From Thermoanaerobaculia bacterium (lineage in GTDB: Bacteria; Acidobacteriota; Thermoanaerobaculia; Gp7-AA8): DNA of 64,000 nucleotides. The stretch is from NCBI GenBank assembly GCA_034665065.1, contig JAXDGL010000001.1, forward strand, positions 34,691-98,690, in the 5' to 3' direction. The number at the start of each line of letters is the position of its first letter. Position 1 is the stretch's first letter. Below, piece after piece: positions 35,652 to 44,302 of the stretch. Made by a program: the position numbers and the translations under genes. The notes below the pieces were generated by a model, which saw only the letters and a program-made list of their open reading frames with translations, did no database searches and had not been told where the DNA came from.

Positions 35652-37912
35652 CCGGCCGGCGAGATTTGATCCTCCGCGCCGCCGCCGCAATCTGGGGCTT
35701 GGCCATCGCCATCTCACTTCTTCCGCTTTGGCTTGGACCGCCGTACCCCGGACAGTTGCCTGGCTACGCGAAAGCAGCCGGGCTCGATGCCCGTGCGCCG
35801 ATGCGTTTCATCCTCGGCATGATGATCATCCCGCTCCTCTGGACGTTCGCGCTTCGCCCGCTGCTGGCGATTCTCGCGCGCGGCGAGACGCGTGCGTGGG
35901 CTCGCAATGCCTTTGCAGCCGCCGCGGCGGGAGCGCTCTGGTTCGTCATCATCGACCACAATCTGGCATGGGTACTGATCGCGCCTGCGCTGGTTCTGGC
36001 TTTCTGCCTCGCGATGCGGCGCGCCGACGCGCAGTTCTCGCGGCGCGATCTGATTCTCCTCCCTGTACTGGCGACGCTCTATCTCGCGTTGCTCGATCTC
36101 TTCGAGCTGCCGGTCGAGCAGTTGTTGGTCATCGCGTTGATCGTCGTGTTCATTGTTCGCATCGCGATCATCTTCATCCGCCGCGAGACCGGCCTTGCTC
36201 CGGCGCTCTGCTTTTCACTCGCGCCTCTCGGTCTGGCGCTGCAATCGAGTTTCAACGCGTACGGCGTGCGGCACTCGCCGTGGGCGCCGCTGGCGATCGC
36301 CATCGTCACGCCGTTTCTTCTTCGTGCGTTCGTGCGCGACTCGCCGGCGACGCGCGCTCGATTCCGCGCGGCGTTGCGGTACGTGATCTTCCCGCTGGCC
36401 GCGTATGCGTATTTGAGCGCCACCAGTCAATTTGCGACCGAGGGGATGCCGCGGGCGGATCTGTTCGAGGATCAGCAGCATATGGTTCCCGCGGCGGAAA
36501 TGCTGCGCGGCGAGAAGCCGTATCGCGACATCATCCCTGCACATGGATTTGGGCAGGATGCATTGCTCGACTACGTCGCGCTGCGCACCGGCCCGGTGAC
36601 CCTAGGCCGCGCGCTGAAGTTTCGCGGAGTCGTGTCGGGCACGATCGTCATCGCGCACTACGCGCTCGTCGCCGCAGTTACCGGCTCGCCGGAAGTCGGC
36701 CTGGCTTCGACGTTTCTGGCGATGCTCCTCGGCACCGCCGGCGGATCGTTTCGCATTCTCCCCTCGCTGGCCACGCTGGCGTTCCTCGCTTACGCCGTTC
36801 GCCGCCGCGATCCACGCTGGCTCATCGCGGCCGGCATCGGTGTCGTGATCTGCATCTTCACCAGTCTCGATCAGGGAGCGTATGCGCTGCTCACGATTCT
36901 CATCGCATCGCTCCGTTTCCGCGGAGAGAGAAAACGAGCGTTGATGTTCGCTGCGATCGGTGGCGGCGGCGCTGCCATCGTCGCGTTCAGCGCAATGGCG
37001 GTTTACGGCATCGCCGGCGATTTCGTCCGCGTTACGCTTTTCGAGATCGCCACGCTCGGTCCGGCCTACGTGCTCACTCCGTACGACGCGCCCGCCGCGC
37101 TGCAGCGAATCAACAATGTGCCCGAGGTCCTGGGAGCGCTGCTCGATAAAACGTCGTGGCAATACGTCTTCTGGCCGGTGATGATGTTGTTGACCGTGCT
37201 GGGCCTGACTGCGCGCACGTCGATGACGCCGCGCAAACGGGCGCAACGTGACGCGGTGCTCGCCGTGGGGATCTTCGGCGTCCTCACCGCGATTTCGTAC
37301 GCGGAGCGGCATCATCTTCTCTGGCAGTTCGTCGCGGCGCCACTGATTTCGATCGCGATCTTTCGTCTGTTTCGCAGCCGCATACCGGCAGCACGCGTAT
37401 TTGCATCCGCGCTGCTGGTCCTCGCCCTGATGATGGCGCAACCGACGGCGCACATCGCGATCGCCGGAGCGCTCCGCCGCTCTCGTGGTCCGACTGAGAG
37501 CGGATGGAAGGAGCTGGCGCTGCCACGAGCACGCGGAGCGCTGTCGAAGGATGCCGATGCCGTTGTGATCGACGTCGTGCAGCGATACGTGGCCTCGCAC
37601 CTCAAGCCGGAAGAAACGTGGTTCGACTTCACGAACCGCGGCAATCTCTACTTCCTGCTCGACCGCGATTGCCCGATGCGACAGGTCGAGGTGGCGTTCT
37701 ACGAGACCGAAACGCTCCAGCGCGACGTGATCCGCCGCATTGAGCAGAACCCGCGTATCCGCTTCGCACTCGTCCCGCCCTATCCCGGCGACAACACGTG
37801 CGTCGACAACGTGGCCAATCGCGATCGCGCACCGCTGGTGTACGCGTATCTGCAGGAGCACTTCACGCCCGACTACGAAGAAGGCGGAGTGATTTTCTGG
37901 CGGCGGAAGTAG
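35648..37912 (+). CDS. Polytopic membrane protein, possibly GT-C-like
   Basis: Many TM segments and a C-terminal soluble domain; ATGA-coupled to the upstream gene. Function is inferred only. Confidence 0.65.
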   Translation: MTGRRDLILRAAAAIWGLAIAISLLPLWLGPPYPGQLPGYAKAAGLDARAPMRFILGMMIIPLLWTFALRPLLAILARGETRAWARNAFAAAAAGALWFVIIDHNLAWVLIAPALVLAFCLAMRRADAQFSRRDLILLPVLATLYLALLDLFELPVEQLLVIALIVVFIVRIAIIFIRRETGLAPALCFSLAPLGLALQSSFNAYGVRHSPWAPLAIAIVTPFLLRAFVRDSPATRARFRAALRYVIFPLAAYAYLSATSQFATEGMPRADLFEDQQHMVPAAEMLRGEKPYRDIIPAHGFGQDALLDYVALRTGPVTLGRALKFRGVVSGTIVIAHYALVAAVTGSPEVGLASTFLAMLLGTAGGSFRILPSLATLAFLAYAVRRRDPRWLIAAGIGVVICIFTSLDQGAYALLTILIASLRFRGERKRALMFAAIGGGGAAIVAFSAMAVYGIAGDFVRVTLFEIATLGPAYVLTPYDAPAALQRINNVPEVLGALLDKTSWQYVFWPVMMLLTVLGLTARTSMTPRKRAQRDAVLAVGIFGVLTAISYAERHHLLWQFVAAPLISIAIFRLFRSRIPAARVFASALLVLALMMAQPTAHIAIAGALRRSRGPTESGWKELALPRARGALSKDADAVVIDVVQRYVASHLKPEETWFDFTNRGNLYFLLDRDCPMRQVEVAFYETETLQRDVIRRIEQNPRIRFALVPPYPGDNTCVDNVANRDRAPLVYAYLQEHFTPDYEEGGVIFWRRK

Positions 37913-37949
37913 CGTGGAGCGCCGTCATGAGGCGCCCGCAAGGATACGG

Positions 37950-38585
37950 TTACTGATAGCAGTCGCCGAACCATGCCTTACCAAGGGGTATGAAGGAGTT
38001 GACCGCCTTTGCTATTTGCGCTCCACGAAGTGGCGATGCAGCGAATACCTTCTTGCCGAGGCTGCGTACGAACGCGATGGCGGGCGTAAAATCGCCATCC
38101 GCCGATAAGATGTAGGCGCAATCGTATTGGTCGCGAGCTGCCATCGTTACCAAATCGACCGCTAACGATACGTCCACGGCTTTCTCTACATACACCGTTG
38201 CATCGCAGTGCTTCTTCGCTATCTCATTCAGCTCAGCGAAGACCTTCGGATCGATCTTCGTCGTCAGAGCGCCCAGATATTTCCTGAGCTCTTTCGCGGC
38301 CAGATCATCGGACTTGCGAGACTCAATCCTGCCAAGGTGAACGGAGATGCGAACATCCGCAGCTTCGAGACTAGCGAGAAAACTTCGCTGGTTTGCGTAG
38401 AACCCAGGATTCGATTGCTGGTCTACTTGCCCGATATAGTATCGGGTGGCAACCCATTCACGAGGCCCGAGTAGTTTTCTGGATATCTTCTTGTAACAAA
38501 GACGGGCTCGAGCCTCCACGCCGATTTTGCCCAGGCCATGGAACCAGTTGTTGCCGTCGATGAAAACGACAGCTCGGTCGGTCAC
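37950..38585 (-). CDS. NYN domain (PIN-like, LabA/DUF88) RNase
   Basis: FIDGNN, EKAVDVSLAVD and SADGDF acidic motifs. GTG start after GGAG. Visibly more AT-rich than its neighbours. Confidence 0.9.
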   Translation of the reverse strand: MTDRAVVFIDGNNWFHGLGKIGVEARARLCYKKISRKLLGPREWVATRYYIGQVDQQSNPGFYANQRSFLASLEAADVRISVHLGRIESRKSDDLAAKELRKYLGALTTKIDPKVFAELNEIAKKHCDATVYVEKAVDVSLAVDLVTMAARDQYDCAYILSADGDFTPAIAFVRSLGKKVFAASPLRGAQIAKAVNSFIPLGKAWFGDCYQ

Positions 38586-38594
38586 GCTTGCTCC

Positions 38595-38636
38595 AAAAAA
38601 CAAAAACCCCGGCGTGTGGAAGACCAGACACCGGGG
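38595..38636 (-). terminator. Intrinsic terminator immediately upstream of the NYN gene
   Basis: Minus strand: ccccggtgtctgg-tctt-ccacacgccgggg followed by TTTTTGTTTTTT. Confidence 0.85.
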
Positions 38637-38669
38637 GGGTTAATGGATCCATCCCCTTGAGGTGGACCC
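38597..38669 (-). ncRNA. Putative ~75-nt two-hairpin leader/small RNA
   Basis: Hairpin 1 gggtcca...tggatcc (38645-38669) plus the terminator hairpin; starts at the predicted TSS. Confidence 0.45.
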
Positions 38670-38674
38670 GCAAA

Positions 38675-38703
38675 GATATACAACCGTACACGGGAGAAGT
38701 CAA
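38675..38703 (-). promoter_or_regulatory. Sigma70-like promoter TTGACT-N17-TATATC
   Basis: Read on the minus strand; predicted TSS at about 38668. Confidence 0.55.
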
Positions 38704-38748
38704 TTTCCAACACGCCCATGCACCCACGACTGCGTTAGCATCGCGCCG

Positions 38749-41358
38749 ATGACTGCTACCCTCGAAACAGCAGCCCGCAAAACCCCCTTGCTTGCGCGAT
38801 TCGCGGCCTTCGTCGCGGAACGGCATCCGCTCGCGCTGCGGCCCGCGGTGACGGCGCTCGATATGGCTATGAGTGGCCATATCGACAACGAGTGGGACGC
38901 CGCGGAGATCGACGCCCTTCGCGATCCGCTGCGCCGCATCCTCAACCAGACTCTCTCCGATTTTCTCTCGCCCGATGCCAGCGCCGCACCAAAGCTCATG
39001 GGCGCTGTTCCCGAAACAACGCCCGGAGTCCTCGTCAGCGAACGCCTCCATCAGGCCGTCGCAGAGGTCGTCGACGCGTGCGACGGATTCCTTCGCCGCG
39101 AAGCGATCACGGCGTCACTCAGCGCGGATGAAAAGCGCGAAATGCTGCGCGGAATGATCCTCACGCGCGCCACCGACAACCGGCTCAAGCAATTCTTCAC
39201 CGGTGGCGAAGTGCGCTACGGCTCCGGAACGTTTCAGGGGAAAGGGTTTCGCTCTCTCGGTCAGGAGGCGATTTACGCCGCCGCGATTCGTCTGCGACGC
39301 GGCGAGGAGTTCGTTTCCGCCGACGGCTGGCGCGGCGATGTCGTCTCCCCCATGATCCGCGACCTCGGCGTCGTCCTGTCCATGCACAACGATCCATCCA
39401 CCGTGCGCATGGTCCTCAGCGCGCAAATGGGCAAAGCCGGTCCGCCGATGAACGGCAAAGACCTCCACGTCGGCGACTGGTCGCGCGGGATTTTTCCGGC
39501 GATGGCGCCACTGGGATCGCCGGCGCTGACGATCGCCGGAATCGCGATGGCGTTCTCGCGGGAGTCGGGAGTCGGGGGTCGAGGGTCGGAGAAAGATCCG
39601 CTCGATTCACGCACAGACACGAATGATTCTCCCTCCGACACCCGACACCCGAAAATCGACACCCGCGTAGCCATCTCCTTCATCGGCGAAGGCGCCACAT
39701 CCCTCGGCGAATGGCACGAGGCGATCAATGCCTGCGCCGCGCGCAAGCTGCCTGCGATCTTTTGCGTCCAGAACAACCAGACGGCGCTCTCGACGACGCA
39801 ACGCGAACAGTCCGCCGTGCGCGTGTTCGCCGACAAAGCGATCGGCTACGGCATCCCGGCGATCACGATCGACGGCACCGATCCCGAAGCGATCGCCGCA
39901 GCGTTCGCGTGGGCAACGGAACGAGCGCGCGCCGGCGAGGGCCCCGCACTCATCGAGCTCGTGGCGATGCGCATGTGCGGTCATGCCCATCACGATGACA
40001 TGCTCTACCTAGGCAAAGATCCGCAGCAATCGTGGACGTATCCGCCGCTGACGGAGAGCGGCTATGCGAACCGTGATCAGTACGAATACTGGTGCCGCAA
40101 AGATCCGATCCCGACGTACGCCGCCAAACTCCAGACCGAAGGAGTCATCGCCGCCGGAGATCTGGAGCGTTTTCAACGCGAGGCCGAAGAGTTGGTGGAG
40201 AGGGAAGCGCGCGCCGTCATCGACGCGCCATGGCCTGACGCCGAGTTGGCCGGCAGCGGCGTGCTTGCAAACGAGCCGCGCCGCGTTCACATCGAAGTGC
40301 TGGATGAAAGCGTGCGCCATGCTGCGGCGAAGAACATCGGACTACCTCCGATCGAGGAAGCGCCGGCGTTCGATGCGAAAGGCAGGACGTTCCTCGAAGC
40401 GGTGATGCTCGGCGTCGGCGATGCGTTACGCAGCGATCCGCGCACGTTCGTCTACGGCGAAGATGTCGGGGGCAAGTACGGCAACGCCTTCCTTCTTCTC
40501 AAACCGCTGATGAAGGATTTCGGCGATCGGATCATGAATTCGATTCTCTCCGAGGGAGCGACGCTGGGCGTCTGCATCGGCGCGGCGCTGACGGGGATGC
40601 GGCCAATCGGCGAGATTCAGTTCAACGACTTCGTCGCCACCGGATTCAATCAGCTCGTCAACAACGCCGCGAAGATCCGCTACCGCTGGGGCGGATCGGT
40701 TCCGATGGTCGTACGCATGCCGTGGGGCGGATTGCGTCACGCCGGCCCGTTCCATTCGCAAAACACGGAAGCGTGGTTCTACCGGACGCCGGGATTGAAA
40801 ATCATCGCGCCGTCGACGCCTTACGATGCGCGCGCGCTGATGGCCAGCGCTGTCGCCGATCCCGATCCGGTTTTGTATTACGAGCACATCGCGCTCTACC
40901 GCGATCCGCGAGTGAAGCAACTGCTCTCCGATGGTGCACCGCCGCCCATTCCGATCGGCAAGGCGGCTCTGCGACGCAGCGGCAACGATCTCGCCATCAT
41001 CTCGTACGGCGCGTATGTACACGTCGGAATGCGCGTCGCCGAGACGCTGGCGAAGGATGGGATCGAGTCGTCGGTTCTCGACCTTCGCTCCCTCGCGCCG
41101 CTCGATCGCGCTGCGGTGCTGGCCGTGGCGCGCCACTGCAACCGCGTGCTGATCATCGAAGAAGACACACGCACTGGATCGATCGGCGAGTCGCTCGCGG
41201 CGATCATCCAGGAAGAGGCGTTCGAGTATCTCGACGCGCCCATCCGCATCATCGGCGCGCTCGACACGCCCGTGCCATATTCGCCGCCGCTCGAGGAAGA
41301 GTTCCTGGCGCGCGAGGGGCAGATCGAGAACGCGGCGCGATTGCTGGTCAACTATTGA
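38749..41358 (+). CDS. TPP-dependent 2-oxoacid dehydrogenase E1, fused alpha+beta subunits
   Basis: GQEA, FIGEGATS...NN TPP motif, GHAHHD, VYGEDVG, GEIQFNDF and DLRSLAPLD motifs. Confidence 0.92.
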   Translation: MTATLETAARKTPLLARFAAFVAERHPLALRPAVTALDMAMSGHIDNEWDAAEIDALRDPLRRILNQTLSDFLSPDASAAPKLMGAVPETTPGVLVSERLHQAVAEVVDACDGFLRREAITASLSADEKREMLRGMILTRATDNRLKQFFTGGEVRYGSGTFQGKGFRSLGQEAIYAAAIRLRRGEEFVSADGWRGDVVSPMIRDLGVVLSMHNDPSTVRMVLSAQMGKAGPPMNGKDLHVGDWSRGIFPAMAPLGSPALTIAGIAMAFSRESGVGGRGSEKDPLDSRTDTNDSPSDTRHPKIDTRVAISFIGEGATSLGEWHEAINACAARKLPAIFCVQNNQTALSTTQREQSAVRVFADKAIGYGIPAITIDGTDPEAIAAAFAWATERARAGEGPALIELVAMRMCGHAHHDDMLYLGKDPQQSWTYPPLTESGYANRDQYEYWCRKDPIPTYAAKLQTEGVIAAGDLERFQREAEELVEREARAVIDAPWPDAELAGSGVLANEPRRVHIEVLDESVRHAAAKNIGLPPIEEAPAFDAKGRTFLEAVMLGVGDALRSDPRTFVYGEDVGGKYGNAFLLLKPLMKDFGDRIMNSILSEGATLGVCIGAALTGMRPIGEIQFNDFVATGFNQLVNNAAKIRYRWGGSVPMVVRMPWGGLRHAGPFHSQNTEAWFYRTPGLKIIAPSTPYDARALMASAVADPDPVLYYEHIALYRDPRVKQLLSDGAPPPIPIGKAALRRSGNDLAIISYGAYVHVGMRVAETLAKDGIESSVLDLRSLAPLDRAAVLAVARHCNRVLIIEEDTRTGSIGESLAAIIQEEAFEYLDAPIRIIGALDTPVPYSPPLEEEFLAREGQIENAARLLVNY
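39559..39665. repeat. In-frame inverted heptamer element inside the E1 CDS
   Basis: (CGGGAGT)-type at 39559-39589 and (CCGACAC)-type at 39635-39665. Confidence 0.8.
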
Positions 41359-41401
41359 TCGTCATCGCGCGCTGAATGCATGAGCACCAACAACTAGAAA
41401 A

Positions 41402-41605
41402 TCAGCTCCTGCCGCGGACAACTCGCGCAACATCTCGGCGAAATCCGGCGCGAAGCGCTGCTGGGTCATACGTTTCCCACATCATTTCGGTCAGTTGCCA
41501 TGCAAGTTCGATCCGCTCGCCAGAAGTCATTCGCCGAGTCTCTTCATCGACAACAGGCTCCTCGTCCATCTTGTACTTTCGCAGAGTGATTCCGGTTCGC
41601 GCCAC
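41402..41605 (-). CDS. Small hypothetical protein (67 aa)
   Basis: MARTGITLRKYKMDEEP...RRMTSGERIELAWQLTE...; directly follows the aldo/keto reductase stop. Confidence 0.65.
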   Translation of the reverse strand: MARTGITLRKYKMDEEPVVDEETRRMTSGERIELAWQLTEMMWETYDPAALRAGFRRDVARVVRGRS

Positions 41606-41612
41606 GTTCTAA

Positions 41613-42581
41613 TTATATCCCGCGATAGACCCGCTTCACCCACGCCGCATCGGCATCGCTCAGTATGCTTCCAACAGTCGCCGCGGCATCGGCCTGCTTC
41701 GGATTGCGCTGGCCGAGGAGGACGGTAGCGTTGGAATTTCCGGCGAGGAGCGCACCGGTCAGCGCGTGGAGCACAGGCTCGCGCTGATCGGGAAACCTGC
41801 GCGTCATCTCATCGCGGGCGTAGCGCATGCGAACCAGGAATTGCGGATCGCCGAACTGCGGAATGCCACTTCGGAAATCGCCTTCGGGAAATGTTTGTGG
41901 CTCATCGTATTTGCCGAGGAGAAGTCCGTGCTTGAGTGGGGAAAAGAACGCGACGCCGGCATCGTGGGCTTCGACCCACGCTTTCAGTCCGCTCGACTCG
42001 TAGTCGTCGTCGATGACGTTGCGATACGGCTGTACGACATCGGGATCGACGCGCTCGATGAACTTCATGATCTTCCGTCCATCCCAATCGGAGAGGCCGA
42101 TGAAGCGGATTTTCCCTTCGTCGCGGAACGCTCGCATCGCGGCCAGCGCGTCGTCAAAGTACTCGTCGTTCGGACCGAAATCGCAATGGTGAAAGTAATA
42201 GAGATCGATGACGCCGGTCTTCAGATTGCGCAGCGACGCCTCGCACTGCGCACGCATGTACGACGGCTCGTACCAATGCGAACCTTCCTCTTTCCGGTAT
42301 CCGAACTTGGAAGCGACGAAGATCTCCTTGCGAGGTACACCTTCAGCAAACACCTCCCCGATCAACTCCTCGGCATGACCGCTGCCGTACGCATCCGCGG
42401 TGTCCCAGTGCGTGATTCCCTGCCGATGCGCTTCGACGAGAGCCGCTTTTGCCAGCCGATCGTCGTGACCGCTCCAGCCGACGGAGTTGCCGTCGGCCAT
42501 GGTGGGGCCTCCATGGCCCCAAGTGCCGAGACTGATCGCGGGAACCTGTACGTTGGTACGCCCGAATCGAAGCATGCGCAT
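41613..42581 (-). CDS. Aldo/keto reductase
   Basis: ISLGTWG, WDTADAYGSG, ASKFG, IDLYYFH and GKIRFIGLS motifs. Confidence 0.93.
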   Translation of the reverse strand: MRMLRFGRTNVQVPAISLGTWGHGGPTMADGNSVGWSGHDDRLAKAALVEAHRQGITHWDTADAYGSGHAEELIGEVFAEGVPRKEIFVASKFGYRKEEGSHWYEPSYMRAQCEASLRNLKTGVIDLYYFHHCDFGPNDEYFDDALAAMRAFRDEGKIRFIGLSDWDGRKIMKFIERVDPDVVQPYRNVIDDDYESSGLKAWVEAHDAGVAFFSPLKHGLLLGKYDEPQTFPEGDFRSGIPQFGDPQFLVRMRYARDEMTRRFPDQREPVLHALTGALLAGNSNATVLLGQRNPKQADAAATVGSILSDADAAWVKRVYRGI

Positions 42582-42595
42582 TGGGGGATATTGTT

Positions 42596-42652
42596 TCACG
42601 CGAACGTGCGGATCGACCCTCCGCGTTCTCCGCGTCTCCGCGTGAACCGTTC
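42596..42652. repeat. Family A element, partial
   Basis: ttcacgcg...ctccgcgttctccgcgtctccgcgtgaa. Confidence 0.75.
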
Positions 42653-42694
42653 TCTGTAGCCTGATGCAACAGTCACGATAGAGTCGCGGTTCAC

Positions 42695-43102
42695 ATGCCC
42701 TGCGTTTTCTGCAACGACCCGTGCGAGGCTGGCGAAGTAGTGTTCGAGGACGAAAAGGTCCTCGCCATCCTGCACAACGATTGGGCAGTGCGAGGGCACG
42801 CCATGATCGTCTGGAAAGCGCACATCGAGAACGTCGCAGACCTGTCGCCGGACGAGCATGCGCATTTCGCAGCGGTCCATCATCGCGTCGAGCGCGTGTT
42901 GCTCAACGCAACGGGCGCAGATCGCGCCGTGCTTCTGAAGCTCGGCATCCTGACGCCGCACTTGCATCTGCACATCTATCCCGTAAGCGCGGACTTGGAT
43001 CGCGCACAAGTGATGGAGATCATCGACGCAACGACGGTCGATCCGATGAGCGACGAGGATCGCCGAACGCTCGTAAGCGCTCTTCGCTCTCGTCTCTCTT
43101 GA
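42695..43102 (+). CDS. HIT family protein
   Basis: CxxC N-terminus (CVFC) and PHLHLHIYP histidine triad. Confidence 0.9.
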   Translation: MPCVFCNDPCEAGEVVFEDEKVLAILHNDWAVRGHAMIVWKAHIENVADLSPDEHAHFAAVHHRVERVLLNATGADRAVLLKLGILTPHLHLHIYPVSADLDRAQVMEIIDATTVDPMSDEDRRTLVSALRSRLS

Positions 43103-43115
43103 CAATCCGGCCGAA

Positions 43116-43135
43116 CTGAATGAGCATTCATTCAG
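43116..43135. promoter_or_regulatory. Palindromic operator CTGAATGA-GCAT-TCATTCAG (Bacillus FadR/YsiA-box-like) overlapping the -10 of a TTGACA (43099) promoter
   Basis: Perfect 8-bp IR directly upstream of the TetR gene. Confidence 0.7.
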
Positions 43136-43137
43136 TA

Positions 43138-43755
43138 ATGGCCAGCCAAGCGACCGCCCTCCCCTCCCCTCCCGAGACCGCGCGCGGCACGACCAAACGC
43201 GAGCGCATTCTTCGCGCCGCAATCGAAGTCTTCGCGCAGAACGGCTACTTCAACGCGAAAGTCTCCGAGATCGCCAAATCTGCGGGTGTCGCAGACGGTA
43301 CGATTTATCTCTATTTTGATGGCAAGGAAGACTTGCTGATCACCGTCTTCCGCGAGCACACGCGGAACTACCTGCAGTCGCTCGAACAGGCGCTCGCGCA
43401 CGTGCGCCGCCCCGAGGAGCGGATCCGCATTGCCATTCGCCACCACCTCGAGACCCTCGGCCGTGATCGTTCGCTGGCAATCGTCGCGCAGGTCGAGCTG
43501 CGCCACAGCCTGAAGTTCATGAGCCTCCTCTCGCAGCAGGAAGTCGCTGACTATCTCAACATGCTGCGCAAGATGATCGAGCACGGCCAGTCGGACGGCA
43601 GCTTCCGACGCACGGTCCATCCGCAACTCGGCGCAAAAGCGGTCTTCGGAATCCTCGACGAGATGGTTACGTCGTGGATCCTGTCGGAGAAGGACTACGA
43701 CCTCGCCGCCAGCGCCGACGCGATCGCCGACCTGGTGCTGACGGGGTTGCTGTAG
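43138..43755 (+). CDS. TetR/AcrR family regulator, Bacillus FadR(YsiA)-like
   Basis: [40 protein letters not shown]. Start placed after the operator; the ORF track gives 43120. Confidence 0.9.
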   Translation: MASQATALPSPPETARGTTKRERILRAAIEVFAQNGYFNAKVSEIAKSAGVADGTIYLYFDGKEDLLITVFREHTRNYLQSLEQALAHVRRPEERIRIAIRHHLETLGRDRSLAIVAQVELRHSLKFMSLLSQQEVADYLNMLRKMIEHGQSDGSFRRTVHPQLGAKAVFGILDEMVTSWILSEKDYDLAASADAIADLVLTGLL

Positions 43756-43860
43756 CGCTGCACAATCTCCCCAGTGTGGATTTGAGCTTTTCCCGAAGGT
43801 TCTTCCACCCTCAGGGCGGTCATAGAATTCTGCTTCGGTGCATTGCCGAGGTATTTTTTC

Positions 43861-44279
43861 ATCCGCAGATTGCGCAGATGGACGCAGATAGAAGAGATCC
43901 GCTGACCTACTCGGTGATTGGCGCGGCGATGAGTGTGCATACCGAATTGGGACACGGATTTCTGGAGGCCGTTTACCAGGAAGCTCTAGCCCGCGAGCTG
44001 GAAGCACGCGGAGTATCACATGTGCGGGAGGCTGCTCTTCCGGTCTTTTATCGTGGAGCCCTTCTCAAAACGACGTATCGCGCCGACTTCGTCTGCTTTG
44101 GCTCGCTCATCGTCGAGTTGAAAGCATTGAAGACTCTTTCGAGCATCGAGGAAGGCCAGACCATCAATTACCTCAAAGCGTCAGGAATGCAGAAAGCGCT
44201 TCTTATCAATTTTGGCGCTTCCCGCCTCGAATACAAACGCCTCGTCTTAAATCTGCGACCATCTGCGTCATCTGCGGAT
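43861..44279. mobile_element. GxxExxY cassette bounded by 29-bp inverted repeats built of GCAGAT sub-repeats
   Basis: atccgcagattgcgcagatggacgcagat (43861-43889) versus atctgcgaccatctgcgtcatctgcggat (44251-44279): 26/29 reverse-complement match. Confidence 0.6.
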
Positions 44280-44300
44280 AAAAACCTCGTGGGCAGATAG
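43878..44300 (+). CDS. GxxExxY protein (PD-(D/E)XK nuclease-like)
   Basis: [25 protein letters not shown]...IVELKA and LLINFG motifs. Confidence 0.93.
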   Translation: MDADRRDPLTYSVIGAAMSVHTELGHGFLEAVYQEALARELEARGVSHVREAALPVFYRGALLKTTYRADFVCFGSLIVELKALKTLSSIEEGQTINYLKASGMQKALLINFGASRLEYKRLVLNLRPSASSADKNLVGR

Positions 44301-44302
44301 CC

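Noticed and set aside
43695-43955. Small minus-strand ORF next to the GxxExxY cassette
   Set aside because: It overlaps both tetR and the GxxExxY gene, has no motif, and is partly repeat-derived.
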